Assembly: GCA_963727485.1 (NCBI GenBank)
Contig: CAVSGM010000002.1
Span: forward strand, 640,001 to 704,000
Reading direction: 5' to 3'
DNA: 64,000 bases
Source of the DNA: an uncultured delta proteobacterium
GTDB lineage: Bacteria > Myxococcota > Myxococcia > SLRQ01
Of the stretch, positions 23,428-33,332 are shown one piece after another. The notes below the pieces were generated by a model. The model saw nothing but the letters and a program-made list of their open reading frames with translations, did no database searches and was not told the DNA's origin. Each line of letters starts with the position of its first letter. Within the stretch, counting starts at the first letter, position 1. The translations under genes and the position numbers were made by a program.

Positions 23428-24514
23428 GACGGATTGCCGTGGCGGCCCTGGTCCTGGGCCTCGTCTGGCCGGTGGCCGCCGGGGCCGCCGACTCGGACAT
23501 CGAGGCGTGGGCGAGTACCTGCCGGGAGAGCTGTGGGATCCCCTACCCGTACGGGGCGCCCGCCACCACCCGGGCCACGCCCAAGGAGAAGGCGTACATG
23601 GCCTGCGTCAAACGCTGCGCGGACAAGGCGGCGGCCGCCCAGTTCAAGCGGAAGGCCGCCAAGGCCGCGGAGCTTCGGGCGGAGCGGATGCGGAAGGTGG
23701 CCGCCCTGAACGCCCAGCTCGACGCCATGGTCCAGGAGATCGCCGACTACCGGCGGCAGGTCGCCATCGCGCGACACTGGGCCCGGAACGAGAAGCGGTT
23801 TCGCAAGAAGGCGTGCCCCCGGTTCAAGAACCCTAGCGCTGCCGGCGCGAGTGCGACGCCGGGAACCCGTGGAGCTGCGTGCACCTCGCGGAGGACAACG
23901 GCGCCGGTCTCTACCAGAAGGCCAGCCTCGCCTTCCAGATGGGGCTGAACCGGCGCGCCTGCAGCCTCCACCTCGGGGCTGGATGCCTCGACGCCGTCCT
24001 GGACCAGTGGAACCTCCGGGGGTACCGGAGCGTGGATCGCCAAATGGCGGGGCGCGGGCTGGCGCTCGCGACCGCCGACTGCACTCGGGGCGTCGCCGCG
24101 TCCTGCCTGGCCGTCGCAGAGTGGAAGATCATGGTCTACAACGAGAAACGGGCCGGAGCTCAGCTCGCCGACGATGCCGCCGGCCTCCGTGGCGTGAGGA
24201 GGCACCCTGAGCTCGGTCTCGAGCAGGCGCTCCAGTTCGACTATCGGGCCTGCCGTCTTGGCTCCTGGGCCGGGTGCGTGGTGATCCTGAACACCCACGC
24301 GGGCTGGACCGACTACCCGTCCGGCGCCTTCGACCTGGGGTACGTACGGGCCCGCTACCGGGCGTTGGCGGGCCCGGCCTGCCGGAGCGGGGACTTCAGC
24401 GCCTGCCACTCGATCCCGAACGCGGCACGTGTCTACAAGATCCCCTTCTCCCAGAGCGACATCGCCTACGCCCGACATTTCCTCTGCGCCCGCACCGGCA
24501 GGTACTGCAACTAG
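23424..24514 (+). CDS. Secreted Cys-rich protein with coiled coil and Sel1/Hcp-like repeats (frameshift near 23834)
   Basis: Signal peptide in ORF 23424. Continuation frame gives C.AGNPWSC, AC......GC, AC.LGSWAGC, AC.SGDFSAC motifs. A single missing base joins the two frames. Confidence 0.6.
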
Positions 24515-27500
24515 CCCGCCCCGGGCTTCACCGCCCGCAGCAGCCGCAGCAGCGCCGGCAGCACCACCAGGATCAGCGGCACCTGCACCGCCATCCCGCT
24601 GACGATGGCGACCGCGAGCGGCTGCTGCATCGCCGATCCCTGGCCGATGCCCAGCGCCAGGGGCGAGAGCGCCAGGATCGCCGCCAGGGCGGTCATCATG
24701 ATCTGGCGCATCCGGTGCTTCCCCGCGACCACGAGCGCGGTGTCGAGGTCGTCGACGCCCTTGGTGGTCAGCAGCTCGTGGACGTAGAAGATCGCCACCT
24801 CGGTGCCGATGCCCACGATCATGGTCATGCCCATCATCGACGAGACGTTGAGCTCGATGCCGGTGACCCAGAGCCCGACGAAGACCGCCGAGAGGGCCAG
24901 CAAGGTGGTGATCATCACCGCGATGGCGACGCGGAAGCGCTCGAAGAGGAAGACCAGGAGGGTGAACACCAGCGCCACCGCCGCGCCGAACACGGCCATC
25001 AGGCCTTTGAAGGCGATCTGCTGCTGGTGGTAGAGCCCGCCGAGGGTCACGTAGACGCTGGAGGGCACCAGGCCCTTTCGCCCGAGCACCTGCTTCACGT
25101 CCCGGATCACCGAGCCCATGTCGCGTCCGGAGATCCGACCGGTGACCGCGATCATCCGCTTGAGGTGGTCGCGGGTGATCTGGGGCTGGCCGGTGATCGG
25201 GACGACCGTGGCGATGCGGCCGAGGGGGAACCGGTGCCCGTCCGGCGCCCTTAGCGGCAGCGCCTCGACCTGGCCCACCGTCCGGCGCCGCGACCGCGGG
25301 ATCCACAAGCGCACGCCGACCATCCGCGGCCCGTCGCGCACCTGGGTCGCGACCTGGCCGTCGAGCTGCATCGCCACCAGGCGGGTCACCTCGGCCGGGT
25401 CCACCCCCTCGGCGGCGGCCTTCGCCCGGTCGACGTCCACGTTCAGGCCGTCGCCGGCGAGGATGATCCCGTCCTGGACGTCGACCACCCCGGGGATCCT
25501 GCCGAGGGCGTCGGCGAGCTTGGGCCCCAGCCGCCGCAGCGTCGCCCCGTCGTCGGAGAAGCACTTCACCTCGATGGGCTGGGGCACCGCCGTCAGGTCC
25601 CCGATGAGGTCCTCCATGAGCTGGGCCTCCTCGATGTCGAGGCCCGGGACCTCCTTCTCCACCCGCACCCGCACCGCATCCATCACCTTCTCGATGGGTG
25701 GCCGGGGGAAGCCCTTGAGCCGGATGAAGAAGTCGCCCTCGTTGGCCTCGGTGACGCCGCCGCCGAGCTGGAGGCCCGTGCGCCGGGAGTAGGTCTGAAC
25801 CCAGGGGTTCGAGGAGATGATGTGGCCCACCTGCCGGAGCAGGCGGTCCGTCTCCGCGAGCGAGGTCCCGGGCGGCGCGCGGTAGTCGAGGATGAAGCCC
25901 CCCTCGTCCATGTGGGGCAGAAACCCCGAGCCGGTGAACTTGAAGGCGCCGTAGCCCAGCGCCACCAGGCCCGCGACCACGAAGAGGATCATCCCCGGGC
26001 GCCGGAGCAGCGGGCCCATCAGGGCCTCGTAGGCCCCGAGCACCCGGGCCATCACCGGGCCCTCCTCCTCGGTCTCGGCGTCGGCCTCGGTGACCAGCCA
26101 CTCGGTCACCAGCGGCACCACCACCCAGGCGACGAAGAAGGAGATCACCAGGCTCGCCGCCATGGTCAGGGACAGCGCCTTGAAGAAGGCGCCGGTGACC
26201 CCGGAGAGGAACGCCAGGGGTGCGAAGATGATGACCGTGGACATCGAGGAGCCGGCGAGCGGCCGGGTGAACTCGGAGGCGGCCTGGATCACCCGATCGT
26301 GCCAGTGGCGCTCGTCGGTCTCCCGGAGCCGGCGGATCATGTGCTCCACCATCACGATGGCGTCGTCGATGATGAGCCCCACCGCCGCGGCCATGCCGCC
26401 GAGGGTCATGATGTTGAAGCTCATGTGGAGGAGCTTGAGCAGGAGCACCGTCACCGCCAGCACCGCCGGCACGGTGATCGCCGCGATGAGCATGATCCGG
26501 GCGCTGCGCAGGAAGAGGAGGAGGATGAGCGCCGCCAGCAGCGAGCCCACCAGCACCGCGTCCCGGACGCTCCCGGCGGCGGCGATCACCAGCTTGCTCT
26601 GGTCGTACCAGGTGGCGATGTGCACGTCCGAGGGGATGTGCTTCCGGTAGCCGGCGAGCGCCGCCTTCACCGCGCTGGACATGGACACGGTGTTGGCGCT
26701 GCGCTGCTGGTAGACCTGCACCAGCACCGCCTGGTGGCCGTCGGCGGTGACCCGGGTCCACACCGGCGCCGTCCCCCGGCGCACCGTCGCCACGTCGCGC
26801 ACCCGGACCAGGCCCGAGGGCCCCGCGCGGATCACCGTGCTGCCCACGTCCTTCAGGGTCGTGAGCTGGGTGTTCACCACGGCCAGGTAGAGCTTGTCGT
26901 GGTCCTGGAGGCGGCCCACCGCCTGGATCACGTTCGCCGAGGAGAGCGCCCGGGCGACGTCGTCGAAGGTGAGGTGGTAGGCCCGCAGGCGGTCGGGGGT
27001 CACCTCGACCCGGACCTCGGGATCGCGCCCGCCCTGGACGCCGATCTTGGCCACCCCCTTCACCGACGAGAGCAGGGGCCGCAGCTCGTAGAGGGCGATG
27101 CGCCGGAGGCTGGTGAGGGAGCGGTGGTCCGAGGTGAGGGCGTAGGCGATGGTGGGGTCGACGGTGGGGTCGAGGCGCCGGGCGGTGAAGCGGGTCTCCG
27201 GCGGGAGGTCCGGGAGCACCTCGTTCACCGCCGCCTCCACCTCGAGGAGGGACTCGACCATGTTGCGGCCCCAGTCGAAGCTCACGTCGATGTCGGCGCT
27301 GCCCCGGCTGGTGGTCGAGCGGACGTCCCGCACCCCCGGCACCGCGCGGACCGCCTCCTCCAGGGGCCGGGTCACGTCGATGGTCATCCGATTCCGCCGG
27401 GCGGTCTCCGGCGTCCACCGAGAGCCGCACCCGGGGAAAGTCCACCTGGGGCAGGAGCGCCACCGGGAGCCCCAGGGTCGACACCACCCCGCCGGCCACC

Positions 27501-27562
27501 AGGACCACGAGGAGGAAGAGCAGGCTGCGACGGTGACGCCGCATCCACACCGTCGGGCTCAA
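24511..27562 (-). CDS. RND efflux permease (CusA/CzcA-like; frameshift near 27392)
   Basis: N-terminus LPVALLPQVDFPRV in one frame. VTRPLEEAV, GLIIDDAIVMVE, GFLPHMDEGGFILDY and R.RQIMMT in the other. Confidence 0.9.
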
Positions 27563-28647
27563 CGGCCGGACTCCGCCCGGACCGCCATCCCGTCCTCGAG
27601 CTCGGCGTTCCCCAGGATCACCACCTGCTGGCCCTTGGCGAGCCCAGCGCCCTGGACCACCAGCCGGGTGTCGCTGGCGAGGACCACCTTGACCACGTGG
27701 CGCACCGCGCGGCCCTTCACCACCGTGAACAGCACCGAGTGGCCACCGACAGGCAGCACCGCGGCGTGGGGCACCACCAGCCCCTTGGCCTCCCGGAGCA
27801 CCAGGCGCCCGTGCACCGCCTCACCGGGGACCAGCGCCGCGTCCGGGGGCAGCGAGAGGTGGAGGCTCACCAGCCCGGTGGCCCGGTCCACCGCGCCGTC
27901 CACCGCCTCGAGGCGACCCTGGACCGGGGCGCCGTGGCCGAGGACCGGCCGGAGGGTGACCGTCGTGCCCAACCTGGCCGCCCGCGCCGCGTCGGGCTCG
28001 ACCCCCAGGCGGGCCTCGTGGCCCCCGGACTCGGTGAGGACCACCAGCGCCTGACCGGCGGGCACCAGGGCCCCGGGCCCGGCCGGGATCGCCGTGACGC
28101 TGCCCGCCTCGCGCGCCCGGATCACCCGTTGGGTCGCCGCCTGCTGGTGCTTCAGGTTCGCCAGCCGGGCCTCGGCCGTCCGCCAGCTCGCCTGGGCGGC
28201 GTCCACCGACGCCTGGTCGGCGAGCCCCAGCGCCTGGCGCCGGCTCATCGCGTCGAGCTGCTGCCTGGCCGCCTGGGCGTTGATCTTCGCCTCGTCCACG
28301 GCGAGGCCGGTGGTGGGGCTCGCCTTCACCGAGAGGAGCTTCTGCCCGCGGGTCACCGCCTGGCCCGGCCGCACGTAGATCGTGGAGATCCGGGCGGCGT
28401 AGTCGAGGGCCACGCTCCGGGCGCCGCCGGGGCCGGGCGCCACCTCGCCATAGGCCTCCACCGTCTCCGACACCTGGCCCTCGGTGACCGGCGCGGTGCG
28501 CACGGTGGCGGTGACCTCCGGGGGCGGGGTGCCGTTGCCGCCGGCCGGGGGACCGCCGGTGTCCGAGGTGGTCCGCCCGACGAGAAATCCGCCGGCCCCG
28601 GCGAGGAGGGCGACGGCGACGAGGACGAACAGGCGGCCGCGGGTCAT
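27559..28647 (-). CDS. RND efflux periplasmic adaptor subunit
   Basis: GGAGG RBS. N-terminal TM, V.PGQAV.RGQ.LL, IRA..AG.V, VVP.AAV, GL..GQ.VV..G..EL.DG..V. Confidence 0.88.
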   Translation of the reverse strand: MTRGRLFVLVAVALLAGAGGFLVGRTTSDTGGPPAGGNGTPPPEVTATVRTAPVTEGQVSETVEAYGEVAPGPGGARSVALDYAARISTIYVRPGQAVTRGQKLLSVKASPTTGLAVDEAKINAQAARQQLDAMSRRQALGLADQASVDAAQASWRTAEARLANLKHQQAATQRVIRAREAGSVTAIPAGPGALVPAGQALVVLTESGGHEARLGVEPDAARAARLGTTVTLRPVLGHGAPVQGRLEAVDGAVDRATGLVSLHLSLPPDAALVPGEAVHGRLVLREAKGLVVPHAAVLPVGGHSVLFTVVKGRAVRHVVKVVLASDTRLVVQGAGLAKGQQVVILGNAELEDGMAVRAESGR

Positions 28648-30038
28648 GGGGCCTCCGTGCCCAAGGGGCGTCCGAGCGCGAGGGTGAGGGCCACCCGCCG
28701 GGCGGCGACGGCGGCCTGGAGCGAGAGGAGGCGCACCTCTGCCTGCCACACGGCCCGGGCGGCGGCGTGGGCGGAGACGAGGTCCACGTCGCCGGCGGCG
28801 AGGCCCTTGCGGTAGGCCGCGGCGACCTGCTTCAGGGCCGGCAGCCCCGCCTGGTCGGCGGCGAGCTGTCCCTCGAGGGCCCGGAGCTCGGCGACGATCC
28901 GCGCCACCTCTGCCCGGGCCTCGAAGCGCCGGGCCGCGTAGGCGTCCCGGAGCATCTTCCGGGTGGCCCGGGCGACGGCGATGCGCCCGCGGCTGCCATT
29001 GAGGAACGGCAGGCTCAAGGTCACCCCGTAGCCCAGGGTGACGACGTTCGAGGTGTCGGCGGCGCCGGTGAGGCCGATGCCGAGGTCCGGGAACTGGGAC
29101 CACACGGCGAGGCGCACCCGGGCCTCCTGGCTCTCGTACCCCTGGCGCAGGGCGACGAGGTCGAGGCGGTCGTCGAGGTGGGCGAGGAGCGCCGAGGGGC
29201 CCGGCACCGGCGGCCACGCCTTGGGGGTCACGTCGCCCTGGAGCTTCAGCGCGTGGTCCGGGGGCATCCCCAGGAGGGCGTCGAGGGTCTGGCGGGCGTC
29301 CTCGGCCGCGCCCTCGAGCCCGGCGAGGGTCTCCCGGGCGGCGTCGAGATCGCCCTCGGCGGCGGCGACCTCCACCTGGGTGGCGAGGCCCTGGGCCAGG
29401 GCCTGGCGCCGGGCGCCGAGGTCCTTGTCGAGGCTCGCCACCACCTGCCGCATCAGCGCCACCGACCGCCGGGCGAAGCCCAGGCGGTAGACCGAGAGCC
29501 GCGCCTCCTCGGCGACCTGCCACTCCTGCCAGGCGACCTCCAGGTCCACCTGCCGGACCGCGTGCCGCGCCGCCCCGGTCCGCGCGCCCCGGGTGAGGAT
29601 GGCCTTGAGGTCCAGGGAGAGCCCGGCGTTCCACGCGGGCACGGTCCCCTGGTCGTTTCCGCCCACCGGGAAGTCCTGGCCGCCGGAGACCACCGGGTCG
29701 GGCAGGAGCCCGGCCTCGAGGAGCTGGGCCCGGGCGAGGCCGAGGCGGTCGCGCTCGGCCCGGAGCTTCGGGCTCATCACCACCGCCACCACCGCCGCCT
29801 CGTCCGGGGAGAGGCCGTCGGCGAGGTCGACCTTCAGGGGCGCCAGGAGCGGGTGCTTCAGGGCCGCGGCCCGAGCCTCGATCCGCGCGGGGGTCGGGGC
29901 CTCGAGCACCGCCCCGGGATCCAGGGGGCGCTGGTGGTAGGTGGCGCAGCCGCCGAGGGGCGCGAGGACGCCGGCGGCGAGCGCGAGCCCCGTCACTCGC
30001 GCCGCGATCCCCCGGGGTGCCCTGCCCTGCCCGATCAT
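28644..30038 (-). CDS. TolC-family outer membrane lipoprotein
   Basis: Lipobox LGGC, then ATY...PL, A.LLPDP, RLDL.A...GY.SQE, GVTLSLPFLNG.RG.I. Start chosen from the promoter position. Confidence 0.85.
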   Translation of the reverse strand: MIGQGRAPRGIAARVTGLALAAGVLAPLGGCATYHQRPLDPGAVLEAPTPARIEARAAALKHPLLAPLKVDLADGLSPDEAAVVAVVMSPKLRAERDRLGLARAQLLEAGLLPDPVVSGGQDFPVGGNDQGTVPAWNAGLSLDLKAILTRGARTGAARHAVRQVDLEVAWQEWQVAEEARLSVYRLGFARRSVALMRQVVASLDKDLGARRQALAQGLATQVEVAAAEGDLDAARETLAGLEGAAEDARQTLDALLGMPPDHALKLQGDVTPKAWPPVPGPSALLAHLDDRLDLVALRQGYESQEARVRLAVWSQFPDLGIGLTGAADTSNVVTLGYGVTLSLPFLNGSRGRIAVARATRKMLRDAYAARRFEARAEVARIVAELRALEGQLAADQAGLPALKQVAAAYRKGLAAGDVDLVSAHAAARAVWQAEVRLLSLQAAVAARRVALTLALGRPLGTEAP

Positions 30039-30046
30039 GGTCGTGC

Positions 30047-30090
30047 AGCCTAGCCCAAGGACGTGACCCCGTCCTGACCTGAAGATGACC
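30047..30090 (-). promoter_or_regulatory. OmpR/PhoB-type tandem binding site plus -10 element for the tolC-MFP-RND operon
   Basis: TGACC at 30064, 30075 and 30086 (exact 11-bp period; GGTCA on the minus strand). TAGGCT at 30052-30047, about 10 bp downstream on the minus strand. Confidence 0.7.
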
Positions 30091-30151
30091 ATCCGGCAAG
30101 GTTCGCCCCGCTCCCCCCGGCCGCGGGATCCCCGGTGCTAGAGTGCCCCCC

Positions 30152-30838
30152 ATGCGACTCCTCGTCGTCGAGGACGACGCCAAGATCGCGTCCTTCGTCC
30201 GGGCCGGGCTCGAGCAGGCGGGCTTCGCGGTGGACGTAGCCGAGGACGGCGAGCGGGGCCTCGCCCTGGCCCTCTCGGCGCCCTACGACTGCGCGGTGGT
30301 CGACGTGATGCTCCCGGGCCTCGACGGCCTCGCCCTCATCCGCGCCCTGCGCGCCCGGGGGGTGCGCACCCCGGTGCTGGTCCTCTCCGCCAAGCGGTCG
30401 GTGGACGACCGGGTCACCGGCCTCAACGCCGGGAGCGACGACTACCTCACCAAGCCCTTCGCCTTCGCCGAGCTCCTCGCCCGGGTCCAGGCCCTGGTCC
30501 GCCGGGCCACCGGCGCCGCCGAGCCCACCACCCTCACCGTCGCCGACCTCACCCTCGACCTCTCCCGGCGCACGGTGACCCGGGGCGGCCGGCGCATCGA
30601 GCTCCAGCCCAAGGAGCTGGCCCTCCTCGAGTTCCTGATGCGCAACGCCGGGCGGGTGGTCTCCAAGGCGATGATCATGGACCACGTGTGGAACTACAAC
30701 TTCGACCCCCGCACCAACGTGGTCGAGGCGCGGATGAGCCGCCTGCGCGACAAGGTGGATTGGGGCTTCGAGGCCCGGCTCATCCGCACCATCCGGGGCG
30801 TGGGCTACGTCATCGAGGCACCCGCCGCCGATGGCTAG
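30152..30838 (+). CDS. OmpR-family response regulator (CusR/CzcR-like)
   Basis: LLVVEDD, VDVMLPG.DG, GSDDYLTKPFAF.ELLAR, TNVVE..MSRLRDKVD, IRTIRGVGY. Confidence 0.95.
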   Translation: MRLLVVEDDAKIASFVRAGLEQAGFAVDVAEDGERGLALALSAPYDCAVVDVMLPGLDGLALIRALRARGVRTPVLVLSAKRSVDDRVTGLNAGSDDYLTKPFAFAELLARVQALVRRATGAAEPTTLTVADLTLDLSRRTVTRGGRRIELQPKELALLEFLMRNAGRVVSKAMIMDHVWNYNFDPRTNVVEARMSRLRDKVDWGFEARLIRTIRGVGYVIEAPAADG

Positions 30839-32243
30839 GTCGCTGCGCCCGCGGACCGTCGCCTCCCGCCTGGCGCTGGGCTACGGCGCCCTCATCGCCG
30901 TGGCCCTCTTCGCGCTCTTCCTGGGCTTCTACGGCTTCATCGCCTCGGACCTCGCCGGCCGCACCGACGCCTTCCTCGATGACCGGGCCCGGACCCTCTC
31001 GGCGCTCCTCGCCCGGGGCGGCGACACCCACGTGGGGGCCCTCTTCCTCCGCGAGGCCCGGAGCGAGGGCACCCGCGACGTCCTCTACCGGCTCGTCGGC
31101 GCCGGGGGACAGGTGGTCGTCGCCTCCTCCGACGCCCAGTTCCCGGGCCTCGGGGTCGACGCCCGGGCGGTGCGCCGGGCGCTCTCGGGCGAGCCGGTGC
31201 GCCAGACCCTCGCGCTCCCGGGCCTGCGCTTCGACGTCCGCGTCCTCTACGCCCGGGTGGCGCCGGGCCGGGTGCTCCAGGCGGCGAGGTACCGCGGCGA
31301 CGACCAGGAGCTCCTCGAGGACCTGCGCGAGAGCTTCTCGGTGTCGCTCTTGGTGGTGCTCCTGCTCAGCGGGCTCCTCGGGTGGCTCATGGCCCGCCGG
31401 GCGCTGGCCGGGGTGGAGGCGGTCACGGGCACCGCCCGGGCCATCGCCGCCGAGGGGGCCCTGGACCGCCGGGTGCCGGTGCGGGGCCGGGGCGACGAGA
31501 TCGACCGGCTGGCGGGCACCTTCAACGACATGCTCGATCGCATCCGGCGCATCCTCGCCGAGATGGGCGAGATGACCGACGCCATCGCCCACGACCTCAA
31601 GAGCCCGCTGACCCGGATGCGGGGGCAGGCGGAGCTGGCGCTCACGGGGGCGGACCGCGGCGGCGCCGGTGACGACGGGCCCGGCGACGTCGAGGCCCTC
31701 GCCGCGGGGGTCATCGAGGAGTGCGACCGGCTCCTCGGCCTCATCGACGACATGCTCGATCTCTCCGAGGCCGAGGCGGGGATGGCGCGCCTGCGCCTCG
31801 GGGAGGTGGACCTCGCGGCCATGGCGCGGGAGGCGGTGGAGCTCTTCGGCCCCTCGGCGGAGGAGCGGGGCCTCATCCTGCGGACCGGCGACCTCGCCGC
31901 GGTCACGGTCCCAGGCGACGCCCGGAAGCTCCAGCGGGTGCTCGCGAACCTCCTGGACAACGCCCTCAAGTACACGCCGTCCGGGGGCACGGTGGAGGTG
32001 GGACTGGCGCGCCACGCAGACACCGCGCGCCTCACGGTGAGCGACACGGGCGCCGGGGTCGACCCGGCCGACGCCGAGCGCATCTTCGACCGCTTCTACC
32101 GCGGCGACCGGGCCCGGGGCGCCACCGGGAGCGGCCTGGGTCTGGCGCTCGCCCGCGCCGTGGCCCGGGCCCACGGGGGCGAGGTCTCCTACGCGCCGGC
32201 GCCGGGGACCGGCAGCGTGTTCACCGTGACCTTGCGGGCCTAG
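30831..32243 (+). CDS. Sensor histidine kinase (2 TM, HAMP, HisKA, HATPase)
   Basis: DEIDRLA.TFN.ML, IAHDLKSPLT, NLLDNALKY, DTGAG, FDRFYR, GSGLGL. Confidence 0.95.
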   Translation: MARSLRPRTVASRLALGYGALIAVALFALFLGFYGFIASDLAGRTDAFLDDRARTLSALLARGGDTHVGALFLREARSEGTRDVLYRLVGAGGQVVVASSDAQFPGLGVDARAVRRALSGEPVRQTLALPGLRFDVRVLYARVAPGRVLQAARYRGDDQELLEDLRESFSVSLLVVLLLSGLLGWLMARRALAGVEAVTGTARAIAAEGALDRRVPVRGRGDEIDRLAGTFNDMLDRIRRILAEMGEMTDAIAHDLKSPLTRMRGQAELALTGADRGGAGDDGPGDVEALAAGVIEECDRLLGLIDDMLDLSEAEAGMARLRLGEVDLAAMAREAVELFGPSAEERGLILRTGDLAAVTVPGDARKLQRVLANLLDNALKYTPSGGTVEVGLARHADTARLTVSDTGAGVDPADAERIFDRFYRGDRARGATGSGLGLALARAVARAHGGEVSYAPAPGTGSVFTVTLRA

Positions 32244-32845
32244 AGGGCCACGCCCTCGAGCTCCAGGAGCCGCAGCTTCACCGGCACCCCGCCGGCGCCG
32301 GTCCACCCGCCCGGGCGCTTGCCCGCGGCGATGACCCGGTGCGCCGGCACCAACAGCGCCACCGGCGCCCGGCGCATGGCGCTCCCCGCCGCCCGCGCCG
32401 CCCCCGGGTGCCCGGCCTCGTCGGCGAGCTCCCCGTAGCTGATGGTCATCCCCGGGGGCACGTTGCGCGCCGCCTCCCAGATGGCCCGGTCGAAGGCCGA
32501 GGCGTCCGCGGGCCAGTCGATGGGCACGTCGAGGAGGTCGTCGAGGTCGCCGTCGAGGTGGCGCTGGATCCGCTTGACCGTCTGGCGCACCCAGGCCGGC
32601 GCCTGCCGCGGGCTCGTCACCGGGACGAGGTCGGGGTCGTCGGGGTGCGGCGCGGGCGAGCTCGCGCGAGAGGCCTCGGCGCCCTTCGCCGCCGTGGCCT
32701 CCCCGGACCGCGCCCGGAGGCGCTGCACCCGCTCCGCGGGATCCGCCAGGTGCAGCTCGCGCACCCCCGACCGCGTCCAGGCGACCACGCAGGTCCCCAG
32801 GACCGTCTCGAAGGCCAGCGCCCCGGCGGCGCGCACCGCGCTCAC
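32240..32845 (-). CDS. O6-alkylguanine alkyltransferase-like (ATL) protein, active-site Cys replaced by Ala
   Basis: VPPG.TISYGELA...G.PGAARA.G, then LLVPAHRVI instead of PCHRV, and K..LL.LEG. Confidence 0.85.
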   Translation of the reverse strand: MSAVRAAGALAFETVLGTCVVAWTRSGVRELHLADPAERVQRLRARSGEATAAKGAEASRASSPAPHPDDPDLVPVTSPRQAPAWVRQTVKRIQRHLDGDLDDLLDVPIDWPADASAFDRAIWEAARNVPPGMTISYGELADEAGHPGAARAAGSAMRRAPVALLVPAHRVIAAGKRPGGWTGAGGVPVKLRLLELEGVAL

Positions 32846-33195
32846 AAGAGCGTGTCCACCTGCTCGGTGGGGCGGCCGAGCACCGCCTTGCCGTCGTCGC
32901 GGATCACCACCGGCCGCTCGATGAGGATGGGGCTCGCCACCATGGCGTCCACCAGGGCACCCTTCCGCGTCTCCTCGGCGAGCCCCAGGTCCTTGTAGGC
33001 CTGCTCCTTGGTGCGCATCAGCTGTCGCGGATCGTCGAAGCCGAGCTGCTTGAGGGTCCGCGTGAGCTTCGCCTTCGTCGGCGGGTCGTCGAGGTAGCGG
33101 ACCACGGTGAGGTCCACGCCCGCGTCCTCGAGGAGCTTGAGGGCGGCGCGGGACTTCCCGCAGCGGGGGTTGTGCCAGATCTCGTAGCGGTGCAT
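32842..33195 (-). CDS. arsC: ArsC family (glutaredoxin-type arsenate reductase-like)
   Basis: IWHNPRCGKSR.AL, YL..PP, LMR.KE, PILIERPVV, GRP.E.V. Confidence 0.85.
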   Translation of the reverse strand: MHRYEIWHNPRCGKSRAALKLLEDAGVDLTVVRYLDDPPTKAKLTRTLKQLGFDDPRQLMRTKEQAYKDLGLAEETRKGALVDAMVASPILIERPVVIRDDGKAVLGRPTEQVDTLL

Positions 33196-33332
33196 GGCGC
33201 GCATTCTGGCCCGCGCACCCGGGGGGCGTAAAGGCCCGCCGGTGGTGCGCCCGGGCTCCGTCTGGCTATGCTGGAGGACCGGCCCCGCGCCGGGGATGCC
33301 TCACGCACCGTGCCACCTTGGGAGGGGAGCTC

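Noticed and set aside
23834..23836. In-frame TAG as possible pyrrolysine or stop-codon readthrough
   Set aside because: The frame upstream of this TAG is not the coding frame. One missing base explains the junction.
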